From a bacterium (GTDB taxonomy: Bacteria > Patescibacteriota > Microgenomatia > Daviesbacterales > UBA10151): a stretch of 64,000 nucleotides of DNA. The stretch is from the NCBI GenBank assembly GCA_021786105.1, contig JAJYNW010000005.1, positions 32,001 through 96,000 on the forward strand, written 5' to 3'. The translations under genes were made by a program, and so were the position numbers. Below the pieces are notes generated by a model that saw only the letters and a program-made list of their open reading frames with translations, was not told the DNA's origin and ran no database searches. Of the stretch, positions 38,474 to 47,590 are shown in pieces (position 1 is the first letter of the stretch; every line of letters starts with the position of its first letter).

Positions 38474-39098
38474 ATTATTTTGGATCTTGTTAATTTTGGT
38501 TATTTCAGCCCCGGCCATTTTAAGTTTGGGTATCAGATTGGTTCCGAATAGTTTCCAGCCTTCTTTGGACGGTACCCAAAAAGTTTATGGAGAAGTAAAA
38601 GTTTCTTCCGATATCTCAAGTAGCTCTAATAATTTATCCGGAATTGGTCTAAGCATTAAAAATCCAAACTTGATTAATAAAAAAGACATTAATCTTTCGG
38701 TATTTTCCAACGGAAATCTTTTGAGAAGCGTGACTTTAAACGGCAGGTCTATTGGTGACGGAAATTTTATAAAATTTATTTTTGATCCGATAGACGACTC
38801 CAAAGGAAAAGTATATAACATGGTTTTTTCGGCACCGGGAGTTGCTGATGGGGAAGCATTGGAGATTTTTCTTACCAGTAATCCGGATGGATCAGGGATT
38901 AAAGTGGGTAAGGATGTCCATACCGAAGGTTTATCGGACGTGGTTTTCTATCACCCAAGTAACCCCCTCTCATTAGCTACAATAATATATGAGGAACTGA
39001 TAGGAAGACTGGCAAAAGATATGATGTTTTTTGCTTTTTATATTATTATCCTTGGAGGATTAGGAGCATACTTATTTACGCTATCCAAAAAATCCTAG
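38466..39098 (+). CDS. Hypothetical protein: beta-rich extracellular domain between two TM helices
   Basis: Hydrophobic N- and C-termini; start overlaps the upstream GT-C. Confidence 0.65.
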   Translation: MNRLFWILLILVISAPAILSLGIRLVPNSFQPSLDGTQKVYGEVKVSSDISSSSNNLSGIGLSIKNPNLINKKDINLSVFSNGNLLRSVTLNGRSIGDGNFIKFIFDPIDDSKGKVYNMVFSAPGVADGEALEIFLTSNPDGSGIKVGKDVHTEGLSDVVFYHPSNPLSLATIIYEELIGRLAKDMMFFAFYIIILGGLGAYLFTLSKKS

Positions 39099-39105
39099 AG
39101 CTTTG

Positions 39106-41079
39106 TTAGTTGGTTTTCCAAATTTGGATTGATGGATTCGAATAAACTTCTTGCAAATCGGTTTTTGTAAGATCAATAGCTGGTTGTAACTGAATTGGAA
39201 AATAAAGATAGCTAATTTTATTATCTCTCAATATTTTGTCAAAATTTATAGGGTCAGTTTCCTCAAACAGTTGCTTCTCAATATCTAAGCGATCATTAAA
39301 CTTATATCCCATGATATCAACTTGTTCTGTGTCGGAAAGGAAGGTTCTGCGGGAAGAGAGCGCAGAAACATAGGCAGTATCAAACCAGGCCCAGATGGGA
39401 GGAGTAGAGGTATGAAGATCAAGGTATTTGTTATAAGGAGGAGTGACAACCACACTGTTTTCGGAGGTATTCTTTCGTAAAAATGTTAAAGCTGATTGTT
39501 CAGGAGAATCAATTTTTGCATAAGGTGGACGTGAGTAAAATCCATAAATTAATCCTACTTGGGTGGGAACTGCCAAAAGTATGATTAAAAATCCCAATGC
39601 GATTTGAATAGAGGACTTGAATTTAAGGGTAAATTTTCCCCAAGCAATTCCGGCGATGATTCCCATTAAAAGCAAGAAGTATTGCATGAATTGGATGGAG
39701 TTACTGGCTACGCCTTTTTGTAGAAAAAGCATCGGTAAAATAAATGATGAAAGCAAGATAAGAATCAAAAGTAAATGCAGATAATTTTTAAATATGGAGG
39801 TAACATATTTGGCAACATCAACAAGCCCGATAAACCTGAGCCCTAAATTCCCAAACAAAAAGATAAAAAAAGAAGTTCCTTCGAGTTGGGCAACTCTCTT
39901 TAGGTTGTGTTCTGCAAGATAGGTTTGCCTTCTCAATTCCCAATCCAATAAGTTAAGCCTTCCGGGTATTACAACCATGGTTCGAATATACCACCATGGT
40001 TCCCAGATCAAAAACCCGACAGATCCTGTAGAGTTGGGTAGATATAAAATTGCCGAGAGTAAGCCACTTAAGGTGGTGAGTATTAAAATATGAACCCTTC
40101 TTTCTTTTAGGAGCTGCCACCCCCCCACAATACCAAGGCTTCCTAACAAGACTATTCCTCCATAGACTTTGAAGACGATGAGTGATCCGGCGATCATTGC
40201 TAATACTAAAAGTTTTAGCGTGCCTTTTTGATTTTCCAAAAAATGAATAAAGAAAAAGAGGAAAGTTAAAACTATAATAAAGGCAGCGATTTGAGGGGGA
40301 TTCCCAATTGAGCTTTGAATTTGGGTGGCCCAGAAGATGGACTCGCCTCCGATGGTCCTGCTTTGGATCCAGGTAACTATAAATCCAAAACTGCCGGCAA
40401 AATATGTAAAAATTGTTGCCCAAACCCCGGTCGAAAAACTTCCCCCGATCTTTTTCCCTAAAAAGTAAGCCAGGGATCCAAGGAGCAAAGAATAAATAAA
40501 AGGAAAGAAACGGAAGTAGAGGTCTAAATTAGAAAAACGGAAATATTGGCTAAAGATTGTAGGGGCAATATCAGAAAAGAAATGGTAGTTAACTAACCTT
40601 TCTCCGGCAAATACTGGATTTTGTAAAGGAAATCCTTTTTTCATTTCTTCCATTAAACTGATATGCCACATTCCGTCATGGCCGTGCGCACTCCAAAAAA
40701 CTAGATCTCCATTTACAAATCTACCACTCGGAGCAATGACTAATAATTGTCCAATAATACCCAAAGCAAATAATAATGAAAGTAAAAGTTTTCGATTAGT
40801 TGAGGGTAGTGTCAAATGAGAAAATATATCTCGAAGCTCTTTTAGCCCGAGAATATCCAATAGTATTGCAAACGGAACAGCCAAAAAATTTAACTTTAGC
40901 ACTATTCCTAAATAGGAAAGAAGTGTGAAGAATATCAACCCGGCAACCGTTCCAAAGAATAAGCTTTCCCAAGGGCTAATTTTGAAACTTGCCTTTTTAA
41001 GTAGAAATACCCCCGGAAGCGTAAAACAAAAAAAAGACACTAAAACAAAGAGAGGAAATACAAAAAGCATATTACCCAT
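39106..41079 (-). CDS. GT-C-like multi-pass membrane protein (opposite strand)
   Basis: GHDGMWH, QNPVFAG..L.NYHFFSD, GGES.FWA, FKVY; homologous to the C-terminal half of 32235-35699. Confidence 0.7.
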   Translation of the reverse strand: MGNMLFVFPLFVLVSFFCFTLPGVFLLKKASFKISPWESLFFGTVAGLIFFTLLSYLGIVLKLNFLAVPFAILLDILGLKELRDIFSHLTLPSTNRKLLLSLLFALGIIGQLLVIAPSGRFVNGDLVFWSAHGHDGMWHISLMEEMKKGFPLQNPVFAGERLVNYHFFSDIAPTIFSQYFRFSNLDLYFRFFPFIYSLLLGSLAYFLGKKIGGSFSTGVWATIFTYFAGSFGFIVTWIQSRTIGGESIFWATQIQSSIGNPPQIAAFIIVLTFLFFFIHFLENQKGTLKLLVLAMIAGSLIVFKVYGGIVLLGSLGIVGGWQLLKERRVHILILTTLSGLLSAILYLPNSTGSVGFLIWEPWWYIRTMVVIPGRLNLLDWELRRQTYLAEHNLKRVAQLEGTSFFIFLFGNLGLRFIGLVDVAKYVTSIFKNYLHLLLILILLSSFILPMLFLQKGVASNSIQFMQYFLLLMGIIAGIAWGKFTLKFKSSIQIALGFLIILLAVPTQVGLIYGFYSRPPYAKIDSPEQSALTFLRKNTSENSVVVTPPYNKYLDLHTSTPPIWAWFDTAYVSALSSRRTFLSDTEQVDIMGYKFNDRLDIEKQLFEETDPINFDKILRDNKISYLYFPIQLQPAIDLTKTDLQEVYSNPSIQIWKTN

Positions 41080-41123
41080 ATTCCAATTTTACATCATTGG
41101 TACTTTATATATAATGGGAATAT

Positions 41124-42638
41124 ATGAAAAGATGGTGGTTTCCACTGCTGGTATTAATTCTGCTAGTTGCTGTCCTAAAGTATACCGCAAACCTTCGCGC
41201 TCTTGGTTATGATAAAGTTCCCGATACTTACCCTATTTTAGATGAGCGGACAAATGTTTGGCATGGGTTAAGTTTAAGGCAGAGCGGGATTCCGGCGGCG
41301 TGGTCGGGGTTAGGCGCTTATAAGAGGAATAATGCAGGCGGCAAAATAAATGGTTTTAATATTCAGGTGGATGACTTTACTCCTAATTTAAATAATTTCA
41401 GCCAGTTTCCTAAACCGAGCGCCATTTTACATGGAGTAGATTTGGGTTTAGGCCGGGGGATGACGGGTATTTTAATGGTCCAGCCTTATTTAGACCATCC
41501 TCCGTTAGCGGCGCTTATTTTCAGCTCTTTTGTGCCTAACAGCTTGAGAACTTTCGATGACCTGACTCCTTTTGACATGCGAAAAGGACCACTGGTATTG
41601 GCAGCTATTACAGGGTTTTTAATTTTTCTGCTTGGTTTCCAGCTGTTTAAAAATGTCTGGATTGGGCTTTTGGCAACAGCTATTTACGGGACCGCACCGA
41701 CTTTTGTTCTTTTAAGCAGGTACACTCTTTTAGAAAATGCCATGGTGCCCTTGATGCTAATTTCCTTAAATTTGCTTCTTTTTTCCCAGCAAGTAAAAAA
41801 CAGGAAGAAGGTTGCCTTAACTGTTGGGTTAGCGGGAGTTTTTGGTGGGTTAACAGCCCTAACTAAAATTACCGGCTGGGCGATTCTGCCTATAGGAGTA
41901 ATCCTTCTTTGGCAGTGGAAGTACCATCTGCGGGAGATTTTATACTTTGCTTTCCCGGTTATTGTTTTAGGACTTTCGTATTTTGCCTGGGGGTTTTATT
42001 TGGCGCCGAATGTCTTTATAGATATCTTCCGCTATCAGGGAATAGATCGGGGATTTATTGGCTCAATTAATTTTTTGGTGACTATGACACGGGTGGGGAT
42101 TGTTAATTTTCCTGTAGATGGGTGGTGGATTGGAGGGTTTTTAACCATGGGGTTGATTCTTTTAAAAAAAGAAAGCTTCCCCTATATAGTGAGCGTAGTT
42201 ACACTATTGTTTACGGCACTGCTTTTAGGAGGAGCAAACTACCCTTGGTATTTTATCCCGCTGGTTCCTTTTATGTGTCTTGGGATAGCCTATTTAATTT
42301 GGCAGATAGTTACTTCGCCATCCCTCTTTAATCTAATGGCTTTTTTCTTGCTGTTTTTTTCCAGTAGTTTTTATTGGGGATATGGTGTTTACCAAGCGGC
42401 ATTGTCACCTACCGGTGACCAGCAGCCTTTTACCCTTTACAGGATTTTATTCCTGCTTTTCTTTGGGATAGGATTAATGTGGCCCCGTCTTGTAAAGTTA
42501 AATAAAGTTGCCAAGGCTTGGCCGGTGGTGGTGTTTTGTTTAATACTGATTACACTTAAATTGAATGAAAGGTCACTTTATTTTTTAATGTCTAATTGGG
42601 GGCATCTCCCGGCAATTTTTACGCCGGGGACATTTTAA
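41124..42638 (+). CDS. GT-C glycosyltransferase, ArnT/PMT-like
   Basis: LDERT, YLDHPPL, SRY.LLE, TKITG. Confidence 0.72.
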   Translation: MKRWWFPLLVLILLVAVLKYTANLRALGYDKVPDTYPILDERTNVWHGLSLRQSGIPAAWSGLGAYKRNNAGGKINGFNIQVDDFTPNLNNFSQFPKPSAILHGVDLGLGRGMTGILMVQPYLDHPPLAALIFSSFVPNSLRTFDDLTPFDMRKGPLVLAAITGFLIFLLGFQLFKNVWIGLLATAIYGTAPTFVLLSRYTLLENAMVPLMLISLNLLLFSQQVKNRKKVALTVGLAGVFGGLTALTKITGWAILPIGVILLWQWKYHLREILYFAFPVIVLGLSYFAWGFYLAPNVFIDIFRYQGIDRGFIGSINFLVTMTRVGIVNFPVDGWWIGGFLTMGLILLKKESFPYIVSVVTLLFTALLLGGANYPWYFIPLVPFMCLGIAYLIWQIVTSPSLFNLMAFFLLFFSSSFYWGYGVYQAALSPTGDQQPFTLYRILFLLFFGIGLMWPRLVKLNKVAKAWPVVVFCLILITLKLNERSLYFLMSNWGHLPAIFTPGTF

Positions 42639-43993
42639 TGATGAACAAAATAATTAGATTTTGCCGGAATAAAGATGTTTTAATAGTTTTCCTATCTGCC
42701 TTAATTCTTCGTTTGGCAATTAGCAGTTTGGGTTTTCATGATGATATTTATAGCAATACGGCCTGGGGGAAATGGATCTTTCAAAATGGGCCAAGAGGAT
42801 TTTATGAGGCAAGCGGTTGGATTTACTCTTCGCCCACCCAACCTCCCCTTATAAGCTTGCTCTATGGGTTTAACCACTTTCTTTATGAAAGGCTAATGTT
42901 TTTCTTTTCTACTTTGGGGGTTTGGATAGCGACCTATCATCTGGCCCCCACAAAAATGATGTGGTTTTTTGATTTTTCTAGGTGGTTTGGTAATGCAATG
43001 TATCAAGAAACACCATTTAAGTTTGGGGCATTAATTTCCATGAAAATAGTGGCGATTTTAGCTGATTTGGCGATTGCCTGGATTATATATTTGCTTGCTA
43101 AAAATCATACCTCTAAACCAATTCTTTGGAGCGTTGCTTATCTTTTTTCTCCCTTTAGTTGGTATTTAAGCGCTTTATGGGGACAGTATGACCAGACAAG
43201 TTTCCTCTTTTTGCTTTTGGCGTTTGTTTTGCTTGCCAGAAAGCATCTTTTGTGGACACCGTTGCTTTTATTGATAAGTATTGAATTAAAGCCTACAGCA
43301 CTTATCTTTATTCCTTTATTCGCTTGGTTTTACTTGAAACAAAAACCATCTGTAAAAGATATAGTGGTGGGATTTTTGTCGGTGGCTGTTGTTTTTGTAT
43401 ACTCAGTTTGGCTATTTGCGGATAGGAATGTCGTTGACTTTACTCAAAATGAGCTGCTTCCAAAAATCTTTGCTAAATCTGAACCCCGCGTATCAACCAA
43501 TGCGTTTAATTTTTGGCGGATCTTTATCGGGAATGCTGCCATGAATCAGGATACGGTACTTTTCCTGTTACCGACAAAAATTTGGGGATATCTGATATTT
43601 TTCTCCGCATATATTTTATCGGTTGTTCATTTTAAAAAAATAACTATTGAAAATATTTTTAAATTGTTTTTCATCGTTGGAGGAACCGGATTTTTGTTTC
43701 TAACCAATATGTTGGATCGGTATTTTTTTGCTGGAGTGGTAGGACTTTTAATTGTTACGATTTTCAACAAAAGCTTATTTAAATTTTGGCTAATTTTAAG
43801 TTTAGTATTTTGGCTGAATCTATTTAATCAATGGTGGTTTCCGGAAAATCTGGGATTTTTACGGGAAGTATTAACTTGGCAAAACTTTATAGTAAGCAGG
43901 GTGTTGGCGGCAGTTAATGTCTCTATCTTTATTATTGTTTTATTTAAAATCTTCCCTAGCTTAAATTGGAAAAGCTTCACTTTTAGAAAGTAA
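42638..43993 (+). CDS. GT-C glycosyltransferase, GT87/ALG6-like
   Basis: HDDI...WG, QPP, K...ILAD, WGQYD, NAFNFW, MLDRY; start at the TAATG overlap (42638). Confidence 0.72.
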   Translation: MMNKIIRFCRNKDVLIVFLSALILRLAISSLGFHDDIYSNTAWGKWIFQNGPRGFYEASGWIYSSPTQPPLISLLYGFNHFLYERLMFFFSTLGVWIATYHLAPTKMMWFFDFSRWFGNAMYQETPFKFGALISMKIVAILADLAIAWIIYLLAKNHTSKPILWSVAYLFSPFSWYLSALWGQYDQTSFLFLLLAFVLLARKHLLWTPLLLLISIELKPTALIFIPLFAWFYLKQKPSVKDIVVGFLSVAVVFVYSVWLFADRNVVDFTQNELLPKIFAKSEPRVSTNAFNFWRIFIGNAAMNQDTVLFLLPTKIWGYLIFFSAYILSVVHFKKITIENIFKLFFIVGGTGFLFLTNMLDRYFFAGVVGLLIVTIFNKSLFKFWLILSLVFWLNLFNQWWFPENLGFLREVLTWQNFIVSRVLAAVNVSIFIIVLFKIFPSLNWKSFTFRK

Positions 43994-44010
43994 GTTGGTA
44001 ATATGGGAAT

Positions 44011-45783
44011 ATGCTTCAGGTTTTAAGATTTGGGAACCTTAAAAGAATTAATTTAAGAAACCCGACTTTAGGAATCTTTTTCCTCCTTCTTATATTGTTA
44101 CTAATTGGAGAACTCCACTTTTTTTACCCCGATGAGTTTGACAACATTTTAGGAGGGCATTATATTTTGCAGGGACGTTTGCCTTATGTGGGATTTTTTT
44201 CCCACCATAACCCTTTTGCATATTTCTTCGCGGTACCAATTTCTCTTTTTGCCGGCCAGTCATTTGTAAAGTTCCGGTTAGGTTTGGGGGTTGTTTATGC
44301 TTTACTGATGATTGGATTTTATGTTTGGACTAAAAAGCGTTTCGGGGTTGAGGTTGGGAAAATTATTTTAGGATGGCTTATCTTTTTGGCAGTTGGCGCA
44401 ACTTATTGGTGGGGACAGATGCTTTTGGCTGACGTTTTGGGAAGCTATCTTATTTCTGTTCCGGTAATTCTACTCTTCTGGCTAATTTTTAATAAAGAGA
44501 AGATCCGCCAAAACGATTTATTGCTTATTTCTGTTTCCTCTGCCTTAGCTCTACTCACTACTTTTACCCTTTTATACTTGGTTGCTTTGATTTACTTAGT
44601 TACTCTGATATGGAGTTTTAAAAACTCCTCAGAAAAACTTGTATCTTCCAAGAACCTGAAAGTTGTAGGAACACTAGCAGCTCCTTATTTAGTTTTTGGT
44701 TTTTACCTCCTTGTTACGGGAAGTATCCAGGAATATTTTTATCAGTCTGTTGTCTTTAATTCAAAGTATTATGCATTTTTACCGGGAGGGGTATCAGTCA
44801 GAAATCCCTTAAGGGTAGTAATAGTTCTGTTTTACCAATTTTTCATTAACTTCAAAACAATGCTTGTAATGACCAAGGATTTAAACTTTGGTTCGCCCTT
44901 TGCACAAACTCTCGTTTTATCCAACGCTATAATGATGGTCTACTCAATTTTACAAAGAAGGTTTTTCTTAGCGGCATTTATTTGGTTTGCCTTAACTTTT
45001 AGTATTGTTCGCAGTAACCCTTATACCACAGTAGAAACTGATTACCAGGGCATGGCTTATCATCTTATCTCCATTTTTAACGGCTTGACGGTGTTAGTCT
45101 TTTTATGGAAATCTTTAAAGGAAAAAGTATTAGATGCCAAAGCTTTAGTATATGCTGTAAGCTTTTTATTCCTGGGGGCTTATTTTGTTTTTTTTAGCCT
45201 GCATTTATCGGAAAAATATTTAGAAAAGGCTTATCAAAAATATATGGGAGTACAGTCGCTGATTTATGATCGTCCTTCAGTGGCTCCGTTGCTCAACAAG
45301 CTACTTACAAAAAACGATTACTACTTCCTCGGGCCCTTTGATTATGAAAATCAACTTTATGTCAATGAAAAACCCGCATCTAAATATATTGATGTAATTC
45401 CGGCGATGGATAATTCTTTGAAGATACAGGCGGCACTGCTATCCGATTTGCAAAAAAATAAACCTAAAATTATAGTTTTTGACACCGAAATGAGGGTTTT
45501 GGGAAATAAACCCGGGGGTTTTCTTAAGCCGTTCTTAGACAAAGATTACTTTAATTTAGAGGAATTGGGTGCACCTTGTATAGGTGTTAAAGCAACGACT
45601 AAATGGTTTGGTACTTATGATTTTGAAAGGCACTTTTTCTTTGAGAAGGAAGATCGGCCCCAGGTTTTAAAGGAACTAGAGGAACAAAAATTAATAGCGC
45701 CGGTAGACCCGAATAACTTGCCTGCTTTTTGTCACGATCGTTACAGAAATTCTGAGTCCTCGGCTTCTGCAAAGCCTGAATAA
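44011..45783 (+). CDS. GT-C glycosyltransferase, ArnT/PMT-like
   Basis: YPDEFDN, G.LPY..FFSHHNP, many TMs, soluble C-terminal domain. Confidence 0.7.
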   Translation: MLQVLRFGNLKRINLRNPTLGIFFLLLILLLIGELHFFYPDEFDNILGGHYILQGRLPYVGFFSHHNPFAYFFAVPISLFAGQSFVKFRLGLGVVYALLMIGFYVWTKKRFGVEVGKIILGWLIFLAVGATYWWGQMLLADVLGSYLISVPVILLFWLIFNKEKIRQNDLLLISVSSALALLTTFTLLYLVALIYLVTLIWSFKNSSEKLVSSKNLKVVGTLAAPYLVFGFYLLVTGSIQEYFYQSVVFNSKYYAFLPGGVSVRNPLRVVIVLFYQFFINFKTMLVMTKDLNFGSPFAQTLVLSNAIMMVYSILQRRFFLAAFIWFALTFSIVRSNPYTTVETDYQGMAYHLISIFNGLTVLVFLWKSLKEKVLDAKALVYAVSFLFLGAYFVFFSLHLSEKYLEKAYQKYMGVQSLIYDRPSVAPLLNKLLTKNDYYFLGPFDYENQLYVNEKPASKYIDVIPAMDNSLKIQAALLSDLQKNKPKIIVFDTEMRVLGNKPGGFLKPFLDKDYFNLEELGAPCIGVKATTKWFGTYDFERHFFFEKEDRPQVLKELEEQKLIAPVDPNNLPAFCHDRYRNSESSASAKPE

Positions 45784-45839
45784 CGAGTTTGCATACCATC
45801 AAGTTTACTTGTGCCTCTGAAATTGTTAACATTTACTGT

Positions 45840-46742
45840 ATGAATGGCAAGGTCTCGGTGGTGATAAACACGCTCAATGAGGAACAAAATGTTGAGCGGG
45901 CGATTAAGTCAGTTAAGTGGGCGGATGAAGTTGTGGTTTGTGACATGCATTCTGAGGACCGGACTGTGGACATCGCGAAGAAGTTGGGAGCAAAAGTGGT
46001 TTACCATGAAAAAACTAATTATGTTGAACCAGCGAGAAACTTTGCAGTTTCCAAGGCAACAGGAGACTGGATATTGGTACTGGACGCTGATGAAGAAATT
46101 CCATCTACGTTAGCTTCTAAACTGAAGGAGATTACTGAGGATAACAGCGTCGATTTTGTGGAGATTCCCCGGAAGAATATTATATTCAAAAAACAAGTCA
46201 GAGCTTCTTTTTGGTGGCCTGACTATCATCCCCGGTTCTATAAAAAGGGAAGTGTTACCTGGAAAAATGAGATTCATACTAAACCGGAAACAAAAGGTTC
46301 AAAACTAACCCTGTCGGCGGATGAGTCTTTAGCAATCATCCATTACCATTACCAATCAGTTTCCCAATTTATTGAAAGACTAAACCGCTATACAACAATC
46401 CAGGCAAACGAGCTGGTCGAAGCTGGTTACATGTTCCAGTGGTCAGACTTGATAACAAAGCCTTTGAGCGAGTTTATGGGGAGATTTTTTGCCAACAGAG
46501 GCTTTGAGGATGGATTACATGGTTTGGTACTTTCCTTACTCCAAGCTTTTTCTTTTCTAGTGGTATATCTTAAAGTTTGGGAAGCTGATGGTTTCAAAGA
46601 AGAGAAAATCAATCTTTCTCAGCTTAAAGAAGTTAGCAAACAAGGTGGGAAAGAGATTGATTATTGGTTTAAGTATGTAAATCTTTCAAAAAACCCGGTT
46701 AAGAAATTGTTTCAAAAGATTGGCAATAAAGTATCATTATGA
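45840..46742 (+). CDS. GT2 glycosyltransferase (WaaE/KdtX-like)
   Basis: NEEQN, S.DRT, LDADE, WWPDY, IH; start at ATG 45840. Confidence 0.88.
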   Translation: MNGKVSVVINTLNEEQNVERAIKSVKWADEVVVCDMHSEDRTVDIAKKLGAKVVYHEKTNYVEPARNFAVSKATGDWILVLDADEEIPSTLASKLKEITEDNSVDFVEIPRKNIIFKKQVRASFWWPDYHPRFYKKGSVTWKNEIHTKPETKGSKLTLSADESLAIIHYHYQSVSQFIERLNRYTTIQANELVEAGYMFQWSDLITKPLSEFMGRFFANRGFEDGLHGLVLSLLQAFSFLVVYLKVWEADGFKEEKINLSQLKEVSKQGGKEIDYWFKYVNLSKNPVKKLFQKIGNKVSL

Positions 46743-47590
46743 GAAAAGTTAGTGTAGTTATCCTCAACTACAAAGTTAAAGATCAGGCGGTTAAATGTGT
46801 AAAATCTGTCCAAAAATCGACTTACGGCAATGTAGATATTATTGTGGTGGATAACAATTCCGGTGATGGATTAGAGAAAGAACTGGAAAAACTTCCCGAT
46901 ATACTTTTTATCCAAAGCGGAAAGAACTTAGGGTATACAGGGGGCAATAATATCGGAATTAAAAAGGCTTTAGAGAGAGACGCAGATTATGTTTTTATCC
47001 TCAACCCCGACACGACAATCGAAGAGGATGCTATAGGGAATTTAGTAGCTACAGCTGAACTGGAAAAAGCCGGAATTGTCGGTCCTAAGATTTTATTTGC
47101 GGATGATAAAAAAGATACTATCTGGTATGCAGGAGGAATTTTAGACTTGGCTAATGTTTTAGGCAAACACAGAGGTGTGGACGAGAAGGATAAAAAACAG
47201 TACGACACCATAGAAGAAACGGAATTTGTTACTGGCGGTGCAATTTTTGTCCGCCGCGATGTTTTTGAAAAAATTGGGTTCTTTGACGATAGATACTTCA
47301 TGTATTTAGAGGATGTTGATTTTTGTTATAGAGCAAAAAAAGCTGGATTTAAGGTTCTTTATGTCCCTACGGCGGAAGTTTTCCATAAAAACGCCCAGTC
47401 AGCCGGGTTAGGGTCTCCAAGACAGGATTATTATCTAACTAGAAATAGAATGTTATTTGCCTCTAAATTCTTGTCTTTGAGAACAAGATTTGCCTTATTA
47501 AGGGAGGCTATCCGTAACTTAGCAATTCCTGCCCGAAGGCTGGCTCTAGTGGATTTCCTATTAGGTGATTTAGGAAAAGGTAATATTTGA
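46739..47590 (+). CDS. GT2 glycosyltransferase (rhamnosyltransferase/WbbL-like)
   Basis: VDNNS, NLGYTGGNN, LNPDT, FDDRYFMYLEDVD. Confidence 0.85.
   Translation: MRKVSVVILNYKVKDQAVKCVKSVQKSTYGNVDIIVVDNNSGDGLEKELEKLPDILFIQSGKNLGYTGGNNIGIKKALERDADYVFILNPDTTIEEDAIGNLVATAELEKAGIVGPKILFADDKKDTIWYAGGILDLANVLGKHRGVDEKDKKQYDTIEETEFVTGGAIFVRRDVFEKIGFFDDRYFMYLEDVDFCYRAKKAGFKVLYVPTAEVFHKNAQSAGLGSPRQDYYLTRNRMLFASKFLSLRTRFALLREAIRNLAIPARRLALVDFLLGDLGKGNI

Noticed and set aside
20420-40126. G7/C7 tracts inside GT genes (20420-26, 38410-16, 40120-26) as phase-variation switches
   Set aside because: They are only 7 nt, all ORFs are intact, and no frameshifted GT was found
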